Below, piece after piece: positions 58,535 through 64,000 of a stretch of 64,000 bases of DNA (position 1 is its first letter; every line of letters begins with the position of its first letter). The translations under genes and the position numbers were made by a program. The notes beneath the pieces are model-generated. The model was not told the DNA's origin, searched no databases, and saw nothing but the letters and a program-made list of their open reading frames with translations. The DNA is from a virus. The stretch lies in IMG/VR virus record IMGVR_UViG_3300010413_002638, positions 1 to 64,000 of that record, one strand, 5' to 3'.

Positions 58535-58976
58535 CCGGCAAATGGTCCACAGTCTGTGAATCGTATTGTTGCTGAGATAGACAAATCCTGCTCGCTAGCG
58601 ACCGGCAGACAGCAAGATTTTCGTTATTGGGCGAATCAACTACAAATCCGACATCTTCGAAGAACCCCACCCATCGTACGAACTCATCTATCTCCTGCTT
58701 GTATCCTTTCACATCGCCCCTCAAATAATTTAATACTGTCTCGTCGGGGAAGTGCATAATTATTTTAAGTTTTCGACAGGCCGGATTAACAGCGGCCAAA
58801 GCCAATTTAGCAGCCTGGATCTTAGCCCTATCGATCTCGGAACCACCTAGCCCAAAACCCAACAACCGACACCGCACCTGGTCATTAGAGCTAAACATTA
58901 GAAGAATACCACACGAACTCAATTGCATGACCTCGTTGGCATTCCTGATAGAAATCGCACAGAAAATATCGATCAT
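58521..58976 (-). CDS. Hypothetical protein, degenerate RNase H-like fold
   Basis: Secondary-structure pattern resembles RNase HI but lacks the catalytic acidic residues. Confidence 0.45.
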   Translation of the reverse strand: MIDIFCAISIRNANEVMQLSSCGILLMFSSNDQVRCRLLGFGLGGSEIDRAKIQAAKLALAAVNPACRKLKIIMHFPDETVLNYLRGDVKGYKQEIDEFVRWVGFFEDVGFVVDSPNNENLAVCRSLASRICLSQQQYDSQTVDHLPDEQD

Positions 58977-59467
58977 AGTAGATTATTCTTGAGATCTCGG
59001 ATCTCTGGGTAAGTCGATTTGGTATACGATTGTAGGGCACGCAACGCCTCAGCAATCCCCCGCAAAACAGCATTTTTTGCCGCTCGCTTGTCAGGTAGAC
59101 CCCGCGACCTACCCACCAACACCAACAATTGATCGGCGTGAGCCTTCACGTTGTCCGGGAATGTCTCATCCTTGGCTTGGGCCTTTATCATCCGTTCATC
59201 AAAAGAACGCTGTAGCCAAATAGCCAAAGATTCAATCACGTGGAAAGACAAATCAGCACATTCTTTCTCCACCCTGGCGAGGCAAGTTTTTCTATTACCC
59301 TCATTCTCCAAGGCGTTATACAAGTCATCCACCACATCAAGTAATTTCACCAGGAACACTGACAACTGGGGGCTTGGACCGCCCTGCAGCAGAACATGTG
59401 TATAGATGGAATGCTTCAATTCAGCAAGAGATTCGGTGGCCGACGGGCCAATAGGTGTCTGCATCAT
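58973..59467 (-). CDS. Hypothetical helical protein
   Basis: Coupled ORF. Confidence 0.65.
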   Translation of the reverse strand: MMQTPIGPSATESLAELKHSIYTHVLLQGGPSPQLSVFLVKLLDVVDDLYNALENEGNRKTCLARVEKECADLSFHVIESLAIWLQRSFDERMIKAQAKDETFPDNVKAHADQLLVLVGRSRGLPDKRAAKNAVLRGIAEALRALQSYTKSTYPEIRDLKNNLL

Positions 59468-60885
59468 TACTCACTCGGCATTTTGACGTTCAACATGTAT
59501 CCACCACGGCTCGACGCCAGGAACCGGTCAAACGAAAGACCCCACAACAATGGGTCCAAGACGTGAATCCCCAGCAGAAAACAAACCAGCGAACCGCCAG
59601 CACTTCCACGTGGACTGAAAGGCCAACCTCGTTTCTTTCCGTACTTAATAAGATCCTTGGTGATAAGGAAGTAGCTAGCGAACCCTTTATCAATAAACCG
59701 GTTCAATTCAATACTAGCCTGTTCCCTATAAGTCACCTCGCGGCCATCGATGAGAAATTTGGTCTTACATTTCTCCAATCCACGCCACCGCAATTCCTTA
59801 ATGACCAGTTTACACAACTCATTATCAGCATCAGATATCTCGGGATATTTGGGAGCAGTATCAACACCAAATTTCTCACAGCGATCGGCAACCATTAGGG
59901 TATTATCGCACAATTGATCAAAAGTTCGGTTGTCTATGCCGTTACTGTAATTGCCGTTACGGAACGTGGCCCATAATTCTGCCCGCGACTTCATGAATTG
60001 TTCATCACTATTGACATGGAATAGATCCGGCGAATCGATGGTTGTTTCCTGGGCGACAGCCATCATCAGTTTCTGCAATATGAAGTCAGCTCGATTGAGA
60101 TAATGACAATCATTGGTGAGTACAACAGGAATCTTGAAGAAATCAGCGATAGATATCAACTCACGAAATACCTTATCATCCTCTGGGATGCCAGGCATTT
60201 GAACTTCAAGATAATAGTCCTGGCCGAATGCTTTCTTGAACTTCTTGATGTATTCGACAGCCGCGTCTAATCTGGCCTTCTTTTTCCGCTCGACCAGAAC
60301 CTTTCCTTCTTTGTCGGTGAGCTGTTTATAGCGAAGCTCATGAGACACTGGCCCATTTAGACACCCAGACAACACTATGAGTCCTTCGCGAAACTCGCAA
60401 AGTTTATCGAACCAGATCCTATTGTATTGTGTACTACCCATACCGAATAGACCGGTCTCATAAGCTTGGGTTGTCAATCTTACGAGATTATGAAATCCGG
60501 TTTCATTCTTGCAAAGGACCGTCAAATGTCTATTGCGCCTGATACGGCTGGAAGTGTCTGGATTTTCTTCCTGCCATTCTTTCGAGCGAAATTTGATTCC
60601 TTTTGCCACCAGTTCTTGTCGTAATGGTTCGAAGTCATTGAAGTAAATTTCGCAACCTGGGATGTACTTCAAGCCGTGCTTCTTGAAGGCGAGATACATG
60701 TCAGGCACGGAAGCCATATGGCCGTGCTCTGTAGCACTCATAGCGGAGTAGCCGCGAGCTGCACATTGCTCGGCATACTGTTCTGGCGTAGCCACGCCGT
60801 CCAGAGCTGAAAAGACGGTGTGATTGTGCAGGTGCACGAAATCAGAAGGGCCGGTATATTCTTCAGGACTGAATTCTTCTGACAT
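59467..60885 (-). CDS. dnaE: DNA polymerase III alpha subunit, N-terminal (PHP) part
   Basis: FVHLHNHT.FS.LDG, TEHG, GCEIY, HLTVL, SGCL.G, TNDCHY, GFASYF, RGSAGGSLV and FDRFL motifs. Confidence 0.92.
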   Translation of the reverse strand: MSEEFSPEEYTGPSDFVHLHNHTVFSALDGVATPEQYAEQCAARGYSAMSATEHGHMASVPDMYLAFKKHGLKYIPGCEIYFNDFEPLRQELVAKGIKFRSKEWQEENPDTSSRIRRNRHLTVLCKNETGFHNLVRLTTQAYETGLFGMGSTQYNRIWFDKLCEFREGLIVLSGCLNGPVSHELRYKQLTDKEGKVLVERKKKARLDAAVEYIKKFKKAFGQDYYLEVQMPGIPEDDKVFRELISIADFFKIPVVLTNDCHYLNRADFILQKLMMAVAQETTIDSPDLFHVNSDEQFMKSRAELWATFRNGNYSNGIDNRTFDQLCDNTLMVADRCEKFGVDTAPKYPEISDADNELCKLVIKELRWRGLEKCKTKFLIDGREVTYREQASIELNRFIDKGFASYFLITKDLIKYGKKRGWPFSPRGSAGGSLVCFLLGIHVLDPLLWGLSFDRFLASSRGGYMLNVKMPSE

Positions 60886-61528
60886 TAGCCACTATTTCGT
60901 CGTTGATGTTGTACAATGACTGACTTCTAAACACTGTCTGGCACACTCGCTCGATCAACTCATTATCTAGGTCAGTCGTATCCGGGTAATTAGGCGTCGT
61001 TGGTTGTCTTCCCAAGCGGCGTATAAATCCTTCAAATATCGCTGCCGCGCTAGGCATATTAAAATTACAAGTTTGCCAAAATCTGCATAAGTAATTATAT
61101 AGCCTATTTCTGCCACCTTTCTTCAATAACCTGTCGAAGTTATCAACAATAGATTTTACGTGGATCTCTTCTATTTTGGCGGGATCGATCAACTCGATAA
61201 AGTAAGACCTGGCGTAATCGTTGGTGAGATCTGTTTGAAAGATCGTTCGCCTGGACTCTATTACGGCTTGGGTAATTAATTGGCGAACGTTTTCTGCTGA
61301 AAGCCCACATGATAACCCAACGGAAAACGCCTTACTCATATCGCGTAGGCCACGCAACGAATGCCTTTGATCGGTCTTTGCTTGCAACCAATTATCGAGA
61401 TTCGGCACCACCATCTTATGCAACGTATTATCAAATAGTTCTGGTAGATTCGCACTGTCGCGGAAATAAAATAGCTCTCCATCGATCTCGAAAACAGTCA
61501 CCGTTTTCTCAACATATCTAATAATCAT
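60863..61528 (-). CDS. Hypothetical protein
   Basis: ORF upstream of the dnaE N-terminal part. Confidence 0.65.
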   Translation of the reverse strand: MIIRYVEKTVTVFEIDGELFYFRDSANLPELFDNTLHKMVVPNLDNWLQAKTDQRHSLRGLRDMSKAFSVGLSCGLSAENVRQLITQAVIESRRTIFQTDLTNDYARSYFIELIDPAKIEEIHVKSIVDNFDRLLKKGGRNRLYNYLCRFWQTCNFNMPSAAAIFEGFIRRLGRQPTTPNYPDTTDLDNELIERVCQTVFRSQSLYNINDEIVANVRRIQS

Positions 61529-62486
61529 GTTATCTAACAATCGAAGAAGAGAAATAAGCGTCGTTGTCGTTTGCGGCGACCAATACCACGATTATCTCCG
61601 AACAGCTATAGACAGCATTCGAAGACAAACCATTCAGCCAGATGAGATAATAATAGTATACGACAACACCGAGCCAAGTATGACCTCCTACCCATATCTA
61701 CAAACACACAATGACAACCCTCTCGCCAGCCGCAGGGACGGATTTGCCGCTACCAGCAAAGAAACAGTCTTTTTCCTAGACGCCGACGACTATATCAGCG
61801 ATGATTATATCGGTTCTGGTCTGGCCCTCAAAACCGACAACAACATAGTCTACTCAGACGTCCGCCTCTTCGGAACAATGAACAAAACATTACGTTATTC
61901 ACCCAAATTCATGTCCCAAGAAAACTATCTGCATGTAGCCAGTCTCATCAGTCGCGACGCAATCGACATAGCAGACGCCTTCAACCCAATACCACCAGTC
62001 GATTGCCATGAAGACTGGGTATTCTGGCGGCGATTATTAAAAGCCGGATGCCCAACTATCAAACAACCTGGCATCCACTACCACCGAGAACATGAACACA
62101 ACCGTTCCAAGAAAATCGTGCAACACGAATTTCCCATAGCCAAGGGAATCTGGTGTGATACTATTGGCTTCGTTCGCGCGGACGGCCAAGAACACGAAGA
62201 GCAAGTCTTACAACAATGGCCACCAGAACAGAGAGAATTATACACCATAGATAACCCGGATATCAGAGCAATCAACAAAATCCTCCAGAGAACAAACGCT
62301 GACTATTTGTTATTCTATAGCACAAAAGACCTACAAATGATTAGAATGATGGCAGATCTAGACTACGGTGTGGCAATTGTCCAAGCCCGTGATTTACCAA
62401 TGTGGTATGGAACACTCATCGTCGTTGACCTACTCAAAGCTCAATCACCGTCTTACACGTTTAACGGCAAATCGATACTGGTCTAA
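61527..62486 (+). CDS. Glycosyltransferase family 2
   Basis: ISVVV, AIDSI..QT, FLDADD and EDW motifs. Confidence 0.8.
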   Translation: MLSNNRRREISVVVVCGDQYHDYLRTAIDSIRRQTIQPDEIIIVYDNTEPSMTSYPYLQTHNDNPLASRRDGFAATSKETVFFLDADDYISDDYIGSGLALKTDNNIVYSDVRLFGTMNKTLRYSPKFMSQENYLHVASLISRDAIDIADAFNPIPPVDCHEDWVFWRRLLKAGCPTIKQPGIHYHREHEHNRSKKIVQHEFPIAKGIWCDTIGFVRADGQEHEEQVLQQWPPEQRELYTIDNPDIRAINKILQRTNADYLLFYSTKDLQMIRMMADLDYGVAIVQARDLPMWYGTLIVVDLLKAQSPSYTFNGKSILV

Positions 62487-63232
62487 TGGTAAACAAGATT
62501 TCCATATTGATGGCTATCTATAACTGTGCAGATTATCTGCCAGCGTCCATTGAAAGCATATTAGGCCAAACAGTAGGAGATTTCGAATTTATCATCATAG
62601 ACGACGGCTCAGACGAATCGGTAATGGAGATATTAGAATGGTACAACGACAGGCGTATCAAAATTATCAGAGTCGATGAGAATGTCGGCTTGACCCGTTG
62701 CCTAAACATCGCCTTAGACGTAGCTACTGGCAATATATTCGCACGTCATGACGGGGATGATATTGCATTACCAGACAGACTGGCAATAGAATTACCATTA
62801 CTTACTGGGCGTACCGGTCTAGTGAGCTGCTGGGCGGAGCCCATCAACGAAAATGGAGAGATAATCAAAGACGACTGGACAGAGCAAGAATTGCAAAGAG
62901 AAGCTGATGAAGTAGAAAAGTTGATGTCCCAAACAAACTGCGTGTTGGCCCCAGGAGCAATATTCACCAGAGAAGTGTTCGAACGAATAGGATATTTCGA
63001 TCCAGAAGTCAGATATGCACAAGATTATAATTACTGGTTGCGATTGATGAACGAGTTTACCATCAACATCGTGCCAGAGGTATTAGTGCAAAAGAGAGTC
63101 CATAAAGAATCAGTGTGGGGCCAAGAAGAAGAGCACGACCAAGATTGGCGACAAATAGCCAAAGACAGAGCCACAACAGATCCAACGATTTTTCAAGTAG
63201 AGCATCCCCCATTTCATTGGAGAAGGCATTGA
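62486..63232 (+). CDS. Glycosyltransferase family 2
   Basis: ISILMAIYN, IIIDDGSD, N.GL...LN, HDGDD and QDY.YWLR motifs. Confidence 0.9.
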   Translation: MVNKISILMAIYNCADYLPASIESILGQTVGDFEFIIIDDGSDESVMEILEWYNDRRIKIIRVDENVGLTRCLNIALDVATGNIFARHDGDDIALPDRLAIELPLLTGRTGLVSCWAEPINENGEIIKDDWTEQELQREADEVEKLMSQTNCVLAPGAIFTREVFERIGYFDPEVRYAQDYNYWLRLMNEFTINIVPEVLVQKRVHKESVWGQEEEHDQDWRQIAKDRATTDPTIFQVEHPPFHWRRH

Positions 63233-64000
63233 AACTTTCACATTACGTAGTTCGTACTTTTTCTGGTGAACAAGATATACTTTTTCATACAGTCACAAGA
63301 AAAGTGCTGCTAGCAGATGCCGATGAGAAAACATTGGCAGAGAATTTCTTTTATGCTGGCCAAGAGAAACAAGCTGTCCTGGCGAAACTCGCACAACCAC
63401 CGGATGGTTGGTTTCACTTTCATTTATCTCCGACCTGGGAATGCAACCTTCGCTGTACACATTGCATGGTACGACATAGACTCATCAAAGATGACACCAA
63501 TATTCTAGAGGTCGCACCAGTAATTCGTTTAGCACAACAAAGCAAACAACTATTCGACGTACGTCGAATGTCAGTGAACTTCTTCGGTGGCGAAAGCATG
63601 CTAGCCATCGATAAATGCAACGAAATCGTCGATGCGTTCAACGGGATTGATCTTGAACTGATGCACTTTCAGTTGTTCACGAACCTCACCATGGAACTAA
63701 CCGACAAGCATCTTGAATTCTTCCGGCAAGTCGATAGTATCGGCGTCAGCATAGACGGTCTGGAACAGATACACAATGCTCAGCGTATGCCGATTTCTCC
63801 CATGAATCCATTCGAAAAAACGATGCAAAATCTCAAAATATTGGTCAAGCAAGGCTGGAAAGAAAAAATCTCGATACAAGCCTGCCTAAGCGACCAACAT
63901 AATACACTAGATAATAGAGTTTCGTTCTACAGAACCATTCTGCAATTTGGCATTCGTCCACATAGGATTATGATTGGAACTATCGCTCCAACCAAGACCA
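63229..64000 (+). CDS. Radical SAM protein (partial; runs off the window end)
   Basis: Not in the ORF track. My translation from TTG 63229 gives SPTWECNLRCTHC (CxxxCxxC), FFGGE, FTN and VSIDG. Confidence 0.85.
   Translation, partial: MKLSHYVVRTFSGEQDILFHTVTRKVLLADADEKTLAENFFYAGQEKQAVLAKLAQPPDGWFHFHLSPTWECNLRCTHCMVRHRLIKDDTNILEVAPVIRLAQQSKQLFDVRRMSVNFFGGESMLAIDKCNEIVDAFNGIDLELMHFQLFTNLTMELTDKHLEFFRQVDSIGVSIDGLEQIHNAQRMPISPMNPFEKTMQNLKILVKQGWKEKISIQACLSDQHNTLDNRVSFYRTILQFGIRPHRIMIGTIAPTKT

Noticed and set aside
58136-59467. Split intein, intron or mobile element interrupting dnaE
   Set aside because: No intein terminal motifs, homing endonuclease, transposase or terminal repeats are visible. 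Both halves have their own starts and stops.
1-64000. Alternative genetic code (stop-codon reassignment)
   Set aside because: Conserved genes are full length in the standard code, and TAA, TAG and TGA all end genes at tight junctions.

Overview
This window is a gene-dense, mostly minus-strand segment of a large myovirus (jumbo-phage-like) genome. There are no rRNA or CRISPR loci and no integrase or transposase. From left to right it contains: (1) a T4-like tail/neck module (partial sheath, gp15-, gp14- and gp13-like genes); (2) a translationally coupled cluster of glycosyltransferases and methyltransferases directly downstream of a 2430-aa protein with about 1000 aa of Ser-Pro-Ser-X repeats; (3) gmd, ligA and a tRNA-shaped ncRNA with no anticodon loop; (4) a second glycan cluster (GTs, sulfotransferase) containing a macrodomain gene; (5) a replication/recombination block (resolvase, 5'-3' exonuclease, SSB, minimal PolA-type polymerase, GroES, DnaB-like helicase, RecA, UDG, kdsB, and a DnaE split over two genes); (6) further GT2 genes and a partial radical SAM gene. 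The best candidate for an undescribed system is a phage-encoded virion glycosylation module: a mucin-like SPSX-repeat fibre plus its own glycosylation, methylation and sulfation enzymes. Other notable items are the tRNA-like RNA, the intein-free split DnaE and a recurring CAAA(A/G/T)(A/T)TA putative late-promoter motif. All calls come from recognising motifs by eye, and no searches were run.
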